Below are positions 26,991 through 40,949 of a stretch of DNA of 64,000 nt, one piece after another. The notes beneath the pieces were generated by a model. That model saw only the letters and a program-made list of their open reading frames with translations. It had not been told where the DNA came from and searched no databases. The stretch is from Octopus bimaculoides (taxonomy: Eukaryota). Within the stretch, counting starts at the first letter, position 1. Each line of letters begins with the position of its first letter. Where the stretch lies: assembly GCF_001194135.2 (NCBI RefSeq), contig NC_069002.1:2192616-2256615 (forward strand), read 5' to 3'. The position numbers were made by a program, and so were the translations under genes.

Positions 26991-27737
26991 GTATTATATA
27001 TGCTCATGCATAAATACAATAATCCGTACAAATATTGATATCCAGCCACCTCATCTCTCAACATTTGCTCTGCATTGTAACTATTCTATGTCGCTTCATC
27101 TGATGAATTTCTTTTTGTACAAGCGAATGGAATCTGGAAATCATATATTTATCTTTATCTATAAAGAGTTTCTTCTTGAGATCCTTTACAAATATCAAAA
27201 TTCTCAGTTGCCTTTCGAACACTGTGAACATACATGTTTATTTAACGGTTATATACATACATATGTAATTATATATTTACATATATACATACATATATGC
27301 ACACACGCATGTATTAAATATTTTATGTTAGAAAATGTCTAAGCGACAATCTACGTACGTAAGATATGTTATTCAAGCAATAAAGGAGACCGGCCAGTGC
27401 GTCGTTTACTGATACAATCCGTAAGTAGAACAATATAGATGCGCAAGACATTCTTGAAGTTCGATACCTAACAATATACATTGGTAATATCCAGATTGTT
27501 GTTATTCCGATAATGGTGTTTTTGCTTCTTTGTTACAAACCTGATCCCTACTTGCATGAAGAGGATTGACAAGGAAAAAAATAGAAAGAAGAAACGTATA
27601 CAGACACACCTGAGCATACAAGTGTACAGACTCACAGACACACAGACATAACACACACATACATCACATATACACACCACATATACATGTATCCGCGCGC
27701 GCACACAGACACATATATAACATATATATATATGTAA

Positions 27738-27781
<44 letters not shown>

Positions 27782-28174
27782 GACACACACACATATATAA
27801 CATTATCATCTAAAAATTAATGGCTATCACGGCAATATATTTTATTTTTCGCCATGCGTATTTGCTTTATATTCTTCATCTTTGTGAAAATTGACAACTC
27901 AAATGAAGAGATAAAAGAGAAAGGAAATATGTAAATCGCTATTATATTGTAATATAATTACATTTTTGTTTTATATAATTGAAGTTTATCACGGGAACTT
28001 TGAAGAGACTAGTTTATGTATTATATTCATATGTTAGAGAATCTGGATTTCTAACATGGCACATTAATTTTACTGCATGTTTAACCCTCGATGTTAAAAA
28101 GAAAGCTACCGGTAATATTATAACGAATATTTGAAATTTGGTTTTACGTCTTTGATCACTAATGAAACAATACT

Positions 28175-28845
28175 TATTTGTTAGTTGTATGAAAAGACAC
28201 TTGGAAATGATGCAATGATGCAATGGCGCAGTGATGCAATGAAGCCTTCAAAGATGAAAGAGTACCATTAAAAGGATGCATTCATACAAGAAAAACAAAG
28301 AGCTTCAATTCGTTTAGAACAGTGAAAGAAAAGTTTGGAAAACGTCCAGATATAATGTCATTTCTCAAGTGAACATCTCTGCTGATGTTAAAGGAGGAAT
28401 GGAAACCTTTTACAGTATGTCCTTGAACATTGCTAAAATAAAAATAAAGAAATGAATAAATAAATAAAGAAAAATCGCCATGTTTGATCGGGGGGGGGGG
28501 GCGATAGTAGCATACAAAACGTTAATGAAATCATAGCAACCAGAATAAGGAAGGTCATTGAACTTATGATTAAGGTATTCTCCTGAGCAACAATACATTA
28601 CAATGGATCATTGAGTTAATGGCAGAAGATATTGAAAAGACGGTAATTCCGAATTTCCACAGTGTAAATTTTTCATTTTATCGCTTGTAGGTCCTTATAT
28701 TCTCATGGCCTACTGAAGGTAAAAAATGTATTGGTGATGGATTTCGATTAGTTAAGTATTGTTAGTCTGATCCAAAGGGTGAAACGATTTTTATGTTTTT
28801 ATTGGAAAAATACGATATCTTTAATAACATTAACGATGGCATGGA
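28175..28845 (+). mobile_element. hAT (Buster/Charlie, ZBED5/SCAND3-like) transposase relic
   Basis: Frameshifted pieces occur in the expected order: KTLGND..AMKPSKMKEYH, MHSYKKNKELQ, FRTVKEKFGKRP, GGMETFYSMSLNIAK, ILLSNNTLQWIIELMAEDIEK, LMAY*R, KGETIF, then a DG motif. The relic is cut at its 3' side by a SINE. Confidence 0.85.
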
Positions 28846-28849
28846 TGTG

Positions 28850-29135
28850 AGGTTAAGAAGTTAACTTGGTGACCCCGCGGTTTGTGATTCAGTGGGCAAG
28901 TGCGTTTACTATAGACCCGGGAAGACTAATGGCTTGTAAGTAAATTTGATAGACAGAATCTGTGTGGAATCCCGTCAAATATAGGCCCAGGTGTGGCTGT
29001 GTGGTAAGTAGCTGGCTTCTAAACCACATGGTTTCTAAGAGAGAACTCGTGTTCAGTATGTTCGACTAACGCTGCATGTCGGTACATCAGCATAACTACA
29101 GTTCAACGACTGAAACAAGTAAAAGAGTAAAGAAT
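28850..29135 (+). mobile_element. SINE family B fragments (two heads plus tail)
   Basis: Contains gtggctgtgtggtaagtagctggcttctaaaccacatgg and the tail gactgaaacaagtaaaagag. Confidence 0.75.
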
Positions 29136-30974
29136 GTGTTCGTTAAATACGGAGAGTAAACCAGTGCTTCATGTAGGCACCATCACTACCTCGAAACTTT
29201 AATGTCCTACTACGTAACACTTCCAAAGTAGGGCATCGAACCTAAAAGCAAGATACAAGTAAATGCAAACACACTCAAAGTTTGCACAAACTTTTCAACA
29301 GCATCTGTTACATTTAGTAGTAGATCGTTCTGCGGAGGAGATAAGTAAAACGATGCTTGTTGATTTTATTTTAATCAGCTATGGTATTTCTTAATGATGC
29401 CGATTCATAATAATCTAATCGACAGCGGTTGGGTAACAATCATTTGTTTCATCAAGCTGTATTATTCTAAATTTCATGAAGTGCAAAAGCGATTACAAGG
29501 GAAATATATTAGGGTAGGTGAACCTTGAAACTCCTATTCCACGAATTGAATGTTTTATATGAATATTCGTTACATCGCAGGAGCACTTAGTTATATTTCT
29601 TGAACACATTACGATAGGCAAAAAAAAAAAACATAAAAAAAACGACGACAACGCTTCAGTTAGAACGATATAAACTATCATTGAAAATTTTAAAACAAGT
29701 CTCAACGTCTTGTTTTGATAATATAATGAATACGATAATTCCTTCTTTGATTTTTTTTTGTTTTCTCATTGATGAATTAAAATATAAAAGGCAGATAGTT
29801 AGACAAACTTAGGAAAAATTGCTTGAAATGAATGTAGACCTCTAGACACCGTTTAACGAGCTTCACTAGAAACAACGCTCCTGCATCTTCTTAAATACAC
29901 GTCTTTTGTATTAATAACACATGATCTACACTACAGAGGATGACAAGAGATGTCGACTGCTGAACTGTATAACGGAATTACCGGTGCGGAGCGGTGTTAA
30001 GAGATATACATTCAACCATGACAAGGAACGAGAATTATTACTTACGACATTAATGATACTAAATCCAGCGAAGGAATGCTAAATTGAAGCCCAGCCGTTA
30101 TTGATTGAAGTAACAGTCAATTTGTATTTGATTTTAATTTCCCTCACAGAATACATACCACCAGAATACGACATTTATGGATATAACGAAAATAGAAATG
30201 GACACTGGCTATATGAAGGCTGAAATTTCGTTTCTTGTTTGCAAAATATATCGGTGACAAGTATCAATTACTATCTTTATGGTTGAATGAATAATTTTCG
30301 TTTCAGTTTTATACATGTAAAAGTATTTTTAACAGGTGAACCATTAGCAAGACAAATAGGTTTTTGTTGAAATATTCTCTAAAGAATTGTTATGGCTTTA
30401 ATGGTTGGAAACGCTTTAACCCTACGACACGAGGAACAAATCGGTTAAACTAAAGGGTTTGATCCGAGCAAAAAAAAAAGAAAGAAAAAATAGTGTAATA
30501 GGGGTAAAACAACTTGCTGTAAACGAGTTTTAAAAAAAGCGCGCTCGTAGGGGAGAGGACTCGGAAAATTCACATCGTCAGACCATGACCTTTAAACTCT
30601 AGTGTTTAATAACCCGAGCAAAAAAGAAAATTTTAAAATAGTGTAATAGGTGTACAGTAACATGTCTTTAAACTCCAGTGTTTGCCCAAGGTGCCATGGA
30701 AATTAAATATAATTTGGGATTTGTGGAAGTTTAAAGTGGTAACAAAAACAGGATAGTAAGAACAAAACAGTAAAAATAAACGGTAAGGACTGTTAAAGCC
30801 ATAACGCGGTGAAGTGGTGGACGCTGGAGAAACAAGCTTTGACAGGAGACAGGCAAAAGCGTGTCTTGTCTCTTGTAAAGCAAGAGGAAAAAAGGAAGAT
30901 AGCCGCTGATCACGTGTGAGCAACGAGAGAGTCAAGGAGGAAGGGTGAGGTAGGTAGGTAGGTAGGTAGGTAGG

Positions 30975-31028
<54 letters not shown>

Positions 31029-33014
31029 TGAAAGCTAAAGCATCGTTTTTATTACTTGCCTCAATTATTTTCGATGATAACATAAATAACTAAATGTATT
31101 TTCACATGAAATACATGAGACAGATATCCATCCGCATGTGTGTGTGTATGCTTGCATGTGTGTATGTATGTGTGTGTGTGCGTGCGCGCGCTTTTGCGGG
31201 TGTGTTTTTGTATGTGTGAATGAACATTCTCAAGAACTTTGCATTAACTTTAATATTTTTACACGACTTAAAATTTCTAGCATGCTGCTAAAGCAGTTCT
31301 ACTGTTTCCAAGCTCTCAACATTTCTGTCTTTCACCGTTAGTATCTCTGCAACCCCCGGCAATTGATTTTATCATTCATTTCTATGAACATTGGCATGGA
31401 ATAATAGTTGCAGGTGCAGATCTTGTAAAGATTTTTCGGATAGTGCTGCCATACGGATTAAACTTCCTTGACTTTCTTAATTTTCATCGCAATATATATT
31501 TCAATAAAACGTCACTTCACAACCATGTGTTGTCTGGTTATGTCTCAGAACATCTCTAAAACCTCTAGTTCCATTAACGTAAATCCGTTTTGGCTCCCAA
31601 CCATACGTTTATTAATCTGTACTTAGTAATAACTTCTTCAAGCAGAAGCTATCTCTTCTGATTTATATTTCAATATCGTTCTTTCAAACAGCTAAAATCG
31701 GTGAGTCTATATTGATGTATTCTTTCTGAGCAGCTCGAGGGAAGATAATTATAACAAACCTTCACACCATTCTTACTAAATATAGGACCTGCTATGTCTT
31801 CATTTCATTGTCAAAGCAATTGTTTTATTGATGCCTCTCCTAGTCTTGCTTGAAAATAATTGTCATTAACAGTAATACTTTTCTTCTGCAAACATGTATA
31901 ATTTCTGTTCAATAAAATTCACATTTCTCCCACTATTTTAATTAGATTAGCATGCACTTAACTCTATAATTTTGTGCAGAAGATGGCCATAGAAATTTTG
32001 TATTTGGCACTATGAGAAGATGTGTTAGATTTCTAAGATAATTCATGTTGTAAAGTATATAACAAAGCATGGATTTCAAGATATTCTGAAAAGTTAGAGA
32101 TGTCAATAGTATGGAGCGATAAATAGCTATTTGGCACACTATCTGCGTTTAAGATTTTCATCTTTTTATGTGTCAGCGAAACCAGCACATACTTTGGCAT
32201 CTTGCCTACCAAGCTGTAATATCAGAAATGAGAAATGAGTAATTGGTAAAAACGTAATTATGTACACAAATTGCCTTTGCTCGGCAGTAAAGCTGGAACA
32301 TTCTCTTAATTTCTGTGAAAGTTGGAAACGTTATATTTCGTTGATGGAATCAAAACTAATGAGTTTCTGCTATTTATTTTAATGACTTTCATGTACTAAT
32401 AAATGCAGATTCCTAGACATCTGAGGAACAGATCTAGTTTCGATATTGGAATATATGGTATCAAATTTTTATTAAGCGTTCGTTAATGTCTTAGAACATG
32501 CCATTAGCAGAGTTAAAATTCAAGAGTAATATAATATTTGATTTTATTGTAGTAAAATTCTTGGAAAGTCCGTAAGAAAAATCTGAAGAATTTTAGATGA
32601 TCACTGTCATGTATGCTCTGTGTGAACTGGTTTTATTATCCAGCAATCAGCATAACAAAGAATAGGCTAAAAGAAATAAAGGCAGCGTTTCCGCTTTGAC
32701 GCAACAGCATAGAGAATTACCGGAACTTTTGGGTCAAGAACTAAGAGCAAATGTGGTGTGATTCTCCGGGAATTTTCCAGATAAATACGTATTCTAAACT
32801 TAATCGCAGCAGATCGGATACTGCGTTACTTGGAGCTGGTCTCTCTCAACTGGAGCCGTGGATTGTGGGAAACTTAAAGAGAACCCATTCGCCGAATGCT
32901 ACCGGGTGTATTGGTTCTAATATAGGGCCAAATAGCATTTCTTTTCCAGGGAGACACATGCCTCGGTTAAGTGCAGTCGAAGGGTGGGGATGGCTGGTAC
33001 TGCGTTGATTTATT

Positions 33015-33420
33015 TAGGGGACTGAAACGTGAGGTAGTCAGAGCACTGAGGTCTGACACAGAAAAACAGGTTCGAGGAATCTGTGAGATGTTCAAGAGTA
33101 AGGTTTACACTTTTCACTCACGTACTATCTGGTGAGGAATCGCAGTGCTTAGGAGGCAAAGCCTCTTTCTCTATGTTCTATAGTCTAAGATTCTGATGAC
33201 AGAGGAACTCGATGTAGCCACTGGCTGGGTTTCGTAATTTGAGGGGTTGTATATCATGAACCGCCAAGTACTGTTCTGAATCCGGTGATGCCTTCAGCAT
33301 TGGTGACCGACTTGTCAGTCAGCTGTAATGTGCCAATCTGGGAACGAGGTTTTTACAGCAGTAAAACAGTTGAGGGGCAGGAAGGCAGCTGATGTTTGTG
33401 GTATCCATGCGGAGATGATT
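33015..33420 (+). mobile_element. RTE-clade LINE relic (linker and start of RT)
   Basis: LKREVVRALRSDTEKQVRGICEM followed by EVFTAVKQLRGRKAADVCGIHAEMI. The latter matches the EV..AI..L..GKA.G..GI.AE.L motif at the start of RTE reverse transcriptases. Confidence 0.8.
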
Positions 33421-33901
33421 ACGAAATTTTGGCCTACGTCAGTCTTGTTTTGGGGATAGATCACCTGCTCGTAAAAGGCCTCGAACTACTTAACTCTAAG
33501 ACCTGAGCGTCTTGTTTAGATATTGGCTTATATCATTTATTATGAATTTCGAGGAACGATTTTCCATAATTATTGTGTCTCTTTACAAATTTCCATAGTC
33601 TGGTTATCTCAGTTTCATGATCAATATATTTAGAAAATGTTCTCAATGGATTTCAGAATACATTATACTCTTGTAATTGTGGTACTTATACTAAATGGCA
33701 CTTCTTTCCTCAGTGGTTCATGACAACAATACCCAGCTAATTAAGCTTAATTTCTCTGTCGATATGGATTGGGATTGTCATATCTTGGACGGAGCCTGCA
33801 CTGTCATTCATTCTCTGAAGCCATTATAGGTTTATACTATTTTCTGTCAGCATTCTCTAATGCTGACAAAAAGTGTTGTCACCATTACGTTGTTGTTGTT
33901 G

Positions 33902-33954
<53 letters not shown>

Positions 33955-34898
33955 TGTAAATATAGTAGAATGCCATGATTACGTTCTAGCGTTTTTTTGT
34001 GTGTGTGAAACCACTCTAATTTATGAAGAGCCATTTTGTTGTCAAATTATATTAGAGGCATTGACAAACAAACATAGAAGCAAGCAGGAAGAAAAAATTA
34101 TTCAAGATATTTCGAGTAGAATAATGCAATAAAAAAATATTTTAAAACTAAACAAATCTAGAACAACTCTCAGCTCACGCTACATCACCAGCACTTCCAC
34201 TACTAACACCAGTAACATCATCACTACCACATCCACCGCCGCTATCATAGTCAACAACAACAACACAAAAAGACATAATTAACTTGTTGTTCTGATTTCA
34301 AGTGAAATATCATTTGAATAATCCCTCACCGCCAACTGTTTCAAAAAAATATTAGTGCTAATATTGCATAAAGCAGAAAAGAATAAAACAAGAAGAAACT
34401 AAAGGTTATTGTTTAGATTAAAATCACAAATCTGGTTAGAATCTGATATCCCTGCGATATTTGCGAACACGAATAAATGAATATATACATAAATGATTGC
34501 ATAAACAATAACGGCATGGATGAAAAAGCAACAACAACAACGACAACAAAAGCGTCAATAAATATCAACAATATTAAGTGCAATATTAAATTGCATATAA
34601 ACAAAAATAGCAAAAGAATGTAAGGATGAAAATAATGAAATGCTTAATAATAACAATAATTTTGATTATGAAATTACTGCCACCACTGAAACAAACACTA
34701 TGAAAACAACACCAACACCGACGACATAACAACGACAACAACAACAACTTCTAATTCTGCTATTACTATTACTAATATTACTACTACGCCGAAGAACGAT
34801 TGTGTATGGTGCAGCAGAGCCAAGGAGAACACTGTACCATACTAAAACAAACACAAAGCTGCAGCAATAATGACGATAACAACAACAATGATGATGAT

Positions 34899-34899
34899 G

Positions 34900-34990
<91 letters not shown>

Positions 34991-34995
34991 TAATA
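34899..34995. repeat. (AAT)n microsatellite
   Basis: Directly visible. Similar tracts occur at about 33905-33953, 36824-36878, 39285-39460 and 46870-46975. Confidence 0.95.
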
Positions 34996-35134
34996 GTTTT
35001 TGAACAAATCCTATTTAAATTTCAACGCTTGCATATAGAAAAAAATGCTGAGCAATTTATTGTGTAGCGTATTAAAAATACATATATTTTTTGTGTAGAG
35101 TGTTGACCATTTTTTACAAGTAATCAATACATAC

Positions 35135-35193
<59 letters not shown>

Positions 35194-36822
35194 AATGAGA
35201 GATATGCTTGTGTACATATGTATGAATGTATATATGTATACATACTTACGTACATGTACATATATATATACATGCATACATACATAATACATACATATAT
35301 ACATAGACGTACATATAAGTAGATAGATAGATAGATACATACATACATACCCCCCCCCCATATATATATATATATATATATATATGTTAGTGGGAGCACT
35401 TCTGAAAGGTAAATTGTTTTATTGAATTGAACAGCGAGTTAAATAAACCACCGAATTCATTCATTAATGATATAACTAAAATTGCAATATGTAATATGTT
35501 AAAAATGTGAACAAAATTTTGCAATAAAATAGAAGCAAAATTAGATGAATTCTACTAACTTTAAATCATACATGCACTGAGTGTAAAAAGACCATCACTT
35601 CATGTACGCATATACAAAGATACAAACACACCAGAACACAGACGCACACGTGTGTGTTTGTGTATGTACGTGTGTGTGTGTTTGGGGTGGGGGTGGGGGC
35701 TCTGCTGTGTGTGTTATTCTAATCAATGGACTACCATCACTTTCTGCTCAGCAATATATCCGCTCTGATCACGTATTTTGAGAACGTTATTGTGATAATT
35801 GAGGAAGTATTAGCTGCTGTAACTAGCAATTTGACTGACATCACTGGGATGTTTCATTAGAGAGAGTGATGAACCGCTGATTCCTTCTTGCTATTCTTTC
35901 GATTTTGCCTGAAACCGCCCACAATGGAGCATATGTATCATCAACTAAATTCTTGCCATGACCATCTCGCCGATTTTGTCTATGGAATGTATAATACGTT
36001 CCTGACTAAATGATGACGTTTCTTTCCAATTTGAGTTGCAATTTGTGTAATATTTAGCCGTTAGTTACAGTAAGTCCACTGGTCACAGAGATCGCTTTAT
36101 AGATGACATCAGTAAGTATACTTCTGTCGAATCCCAATTGTAAAGGATTATGATCGAAGGTAACCCAGCTGTGCCTGTTCTCTCCTCTTAATCCTATTTT
36201 TGTAACCGCTCACATTGAATGTAACCTCTCAAATCTAAAGAGAGTGCTGAGTGGGTGATGAACATGAGAATGTCATCTTTTTCCTTCTTTTTTGTTTTAG
36301 TAAGTTGAGGAGTCCTTGTTTAGCTGGAACAGAATTATCCAGAATCAGGGCAAAAAATAACCCATGTTCTTTCTCTCTTCTGAAAATAATGTCTTGGGTG
36401 ATAACATTCAATGTGTCCTTCTATGTCACAAGAACTTACGTTGCGATTGACAAGAATGTTTAGCGCATCGCTGACCACTTGTTTAGTTTCAGTCGAAATG
36501 GAGTTGTACAGAATTATGATGAAAAGTAACAAAACCACTCTCTTTCTCTCGTCTGAAAATGATTCCTAAGACAATAGCATTAATATTGTCTGCCATGTCG
36601 TGAGAGAATATGACGTGATTGGTGAACATGTGACTGATATTCTGACAAATCACCGATCACTTAGAAACCAAAGATAATTTGACGTTTATGGTGTATTGTT
36701 CACGACTAGCGATTGTTATTACGTTCATTTATTTCAACAGTACTTTAGCGATGTTTTGACTAGGACTGGAAATCGGATGCACTAGCCTAATGACAAAAAA
36801 AGTAAATAAATGTATGATGATG

Positions 36823-36878
<56 letters not shown>

Positions 36879-37395
36879 CTTCGACACGTTATTCCATCGG
36901 GATTGAAATTATCAAGTTTGAGATGTCTGAATGAATTTGTATTACGGTCGTATTATATTTGTCGAAGTAAGAGCAAAACGTTGAAGTTATGACATTCATT
37001 GCTTCTCTAAATAACTTTAGCGGCGAAAAATGTATTAAAACTGCTTCAACATAAACTCGAAAACTTTATAGTACCCTTGGTAAATATGATCAGAGCCAAC
37101 TCAATTTTACTTTTCAGCGAACATCACAAATTGAAATAAGATAATCACGGAATTTGATAGCGTTGGAAATCACCTATTACTTTTAATATGATTCTAGCTT
37201 ACTCACATGCGCACGTCGGTACACACACAGACAAACTAACATATACATAAAGACAGACAGACTTACACAAGCACACGTATACACTTACATACATACATAT
37301 ATATATGTATATGCATACTTGTATCTATGTATACACACACACAGGTATATCGGTACATGTGATGCTAATTTCGTTATCGATATGTCACAGATAAA

Positions 37396-37611
37396 GGCGA
37401 CGAGCAGGTACAAACATTAGCACGCCGGTCGAAATGCTTAATGGTATTTCGTCTGTCTTTAACATTCTGAGTTCAAATGCTGCCGACGTTGACTTTACCT
37501 TTCATCTCTTCGGGGTCGATAAATTAAGTACCAGTTGCGTACTGGGGTCGAGCTATTCGACTGTCCCCCTCCCCCAAAATGTCAGGCCTTGTGCCTAGAG
37601 TAGAAAAGAAT
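37396..37611 (+). mobile_element. tRNA-derived SINE family A, near full length
   Basis: ttagcacgccggtcgaaatgctta...ctgagttcaaatg...cggggtcgataaattaagtaccagttgcgtactggggtcga...gccttgtgcctagagtagaaaagaat. Confidence 0.92.
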
Positions 37612-38154
37612 AGTAAGGGTGGAGAGGGGGGGGGGGTATTGTGCCTTGAGTAGCCAAGGATATTTAGCAGATATTTAACGCATATCTGACGTTAGTAAAT
37701 GTTAAACTCGTACAGTAATGAGACAGCACGCCAATTTTGTCCAAAATAGCAACAATATTCTATCGACAGTATGTAATTTCTTTCAGAAACCTCAAAAGCC
37801 GTATTTCTGTAATAGGGTTAAATAGATCAAATGGACTTGACCTAAGAGTAAGAATGCTAATTAATTCAACAAAACTGATAATCAAATAAATGATGAAAAG
37901 AAAAAAAAAATTGAGATTATCCCCAGCAGGGAATTGAACTTCAGACAGTCAGAAACGAGACGGCATTTTATAAATAGTCTGTGTGATGTTTATGCACTCG
38001 CGCCTATCCGCCTATTTGTGTATGTTTGGTTGTTGGTTTGTGTGTGTGAACGCGAGTGTTGCATATGTTTGTGTGCATCTGTATACTTTTTTATTCTAAT
38101 TTAACGGGAAACCTATATATATATATATATTTTGTGTGTCTGTGTGTATAAATA

Positions 38155-38345
38155 CAGGAGTGGTTCCGTGGTAAGAAGGCGCATAAATTTCTGTCTTGTA
38201 AGAAGCTTGCTTCCAAAACATATGGCTCTGGGTTCGATTCGCACTGCGAGGCACCTAGGGCGAGTGTCTCTTACTAAAATGTATGGCCGACAGAAGCTTT
38301 GTGACTGGATCTGTTAAACGGAAACTGAAGAAAGCGCTTCGCATG
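38155..38345 (+). mobile_element. SINE family B, 5' part
   Basis: gtaagaagcttgcttcc...ctgggttcgattcgcactgcg...gggcgagtgtct...ggccgac...cggaaactgaagaaagc; B box GGTTCGATTC. Confidence 0.8.
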
Positions 38346-38393
38346 TATCTACATGTATACATATATGTACGTGTGTGTGTGTGTGTGTGTGTG

Positions 38394-38536
38394 TTTACTT
38401 AAAAGCAGCAGAAATATCACAACTGTTACTCAGAGTTTCACGTTCCCGTTCGTCGGACAGACTTAACTGTCCGACAAAAGGAAACGTGAAACTCTGAGTA
38501 ACAGCTCTTGCGATATTTCTGCTGCTTTTAAATAAA
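38394..38536. repeat. Fold-back element (arms about 67-70 nt, 6-nt loop), possibly inverted Penelope-type terminal repeats
   Basis: Left arm 38394-38460 and right arm 38467-38536 are reverse complements, with a few mismatches and one 3-nt indel; the loop is acttaa. The origin assignment is inference. Confidence 0.9.
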
Positions 38537-38605
38537 ACATATTACTCTGCCTCTGGTATTTGAGTACTCTTTTTTCCAGCTTGTTTCACATTTATGTGCT
38601 TACTC

Positions 38606-38650
<45 letters not shown>

Positions 38651-39283
38651 NNNNNNNNNNNNNNNNNNNNNNNNNNNNNNNNNNNNNNNNNNNNNNNNNN
38701 NNNNNNNNNNNNNNNNNNNNNNNNNNNNNNNNNNNNNNNNNNNNNNNNNNNNNNNNNNNNNNNNNNNNNNNNNNNNNNNNNNNNNNNNNNNNNNNNNNNN
38801 NNNNNNNNNNNNNNNNNNNNNNNNNNNNNNNNNNNNNNNNNNNNNNNNNNNNNNNNNNNNNNNNNNNNNNNNNNNNNNNNNNNNNNNNNNNNNNNNNNNN
38901 NNNNNNNNNNNNNNNATATATATATATATATATATATATACATATTTATGTGTGTATGTATGGATGTATGTGCGTACGCATTAATTTATATTCGTTTGTA
39001 CTTGTGTGTGTATTTCTGCGAGGTTTAGTTTAGCTCTTGTTTATGTGTGTGTGTGGCTGTTTCTCTGTGGAAGTTATTCTGTATGCCATTAAGGATGAGG
39101 GCACATGCACAAACGTAAGTACACATACACGCACGGAGCTACTTACTCACAATCATGCACACACAAACAAAACTATATATTCCGTTCAATACGGAAGTTA
39201 TCCACAATAAAATATTTCAAAGATAAATTAATATTACGCTATAAATTTAGCTCAGTTGAAATTTACTCATTTAAGTACATATC

Positions 39284-39323
<40 letters not shown>

Positions 39324-39361
39324 TGTAATGATAAATAATGTTCTTGCTTTTCTTCTTTTCC

Positions 39362-39451
<90 letters not shown>

Positions 39452-40949
39452 CATTATCATCGGAAAAATAAAAGCAAATGTTTAAAACGAAACATAGAAG
39501 TCTATAGAAATGACAACAAAAGAAAAAATACAAATAAACAATATCACTGGCTTTTAATTCATTTGTTTCTTTTTTTGTGTGTTCGTTTATAGCCATCATC
39601 GTAAATTAACATATTTTATGTGATTGCTTTATATTACATGGGTTTAGCAACAGGAAACCTGTAGTTTAATATAATTTGTTGAAAGATGTGTTTTCTTTCT
39701 TCATAACTATCTCTGATTTGGCGTACGCAAAAGAAAATATATCATATAATATATTAGATGTGAAACATGAGGAAACATAATAGAAACATAAATATACAAT
39801 ATATAACATGTAAAAATATATAAAAATCCTATGCAGGAATATTATTATGATATAGAAAATAAATTAATGCTGAATTAATACCCTGCAAAGCTTGTGCTAT
39901 TTCCCGATTCTGGCATGTCCTGTTCATAATAATATATTTAGTAGTTCGAGAATGGCATATCTATCATTTATAATTCTATAATAGCTTGTGTTATGCTGGA
40001 AAGAATTAAGCCAGGAATGACACTGAGGCGAGAACGACGTTTCAAACCGCAGCTAAAGTCAAATGGATCGCAGAGGAAGGGGGTGACGTAAAGAATAAAT
40101 CCGTTGCCGAGTTTAAACTTAACGCCACCTGGATTTTGAATGTTATTAGCATAATACGTTTTAGTACTCATTCGGATGGACAATGCATCCCTCTTGGGAG
40201 ATAAATAAGCATATACTTTCGCTTCCTCCATATTCGTAACCGATCGCAGATATGTTTCGAGAGTGCATGCCCGTTGGTCCAGCTCGTCTGGCATTTCTTT
40301 TTATTTATAACTTTTTATTTATAACTTTCTTACACCTCGCAATGAAGGTTGTTAACCGTCAGGTAGAATGATGCCTCTTGGTGTTTTTAAAAAATATAAC
40401 TTCTTGCAGATTCAACTTTCTTTCTCTCTGCCTCTATTTGTCACTCACTCACTAACTCTCTCTCTTTCTCTCTCTTGAATCGGTATGACAGAGATTCTTC
40501 TCAAACCTACGCACCACTCTGTCTGATGGTGCCGACCAATTAATATTATCCAGGTGAGAAATTCTTCATTTTCTATTAAAACGAGCATACCATTGATAGG
40601 ATATAGATTAAGACCTCAGAACGTATTTACACCTCAAATTTAACGAAATGTCTCACTTACGATGCTCCAAAGAATTTCCGTCATTCGTCAACTTTCCATG
40701 AATATACTATATTTTTCTATTATGGAAGAAAAGAAACGCAATTTTAATCACGGCAGGAATTTGAAATTGGAATATCAAAGGTCGGAATAGATATTGCAAT
40801 GTATATTTTCTGCGGTGTTCCACTGATTCTGTCACTTCACCGCAATTTTTCTATTATGAAATAAAATATTATCTCATTCTGCAGAAACCACCGACCTTCA
40901 CACAAATACGCAGAGTCAAGTGTTGAACATATTTCAGAATCAGAATGTT

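Noticed and set aside
35683-35699. G-rich run as a G-quadruplex
   Set aside because: It has only three G-tracts.
40480-40546. Hairpin with ATGA...AAA...TGAT resembling a SECIS element
   Set aside because: The 7-bp gacagag/ctctgtc helix is out of register with the non-Watson-Crick quartet, and there is no selenoprotein ORF upstream.
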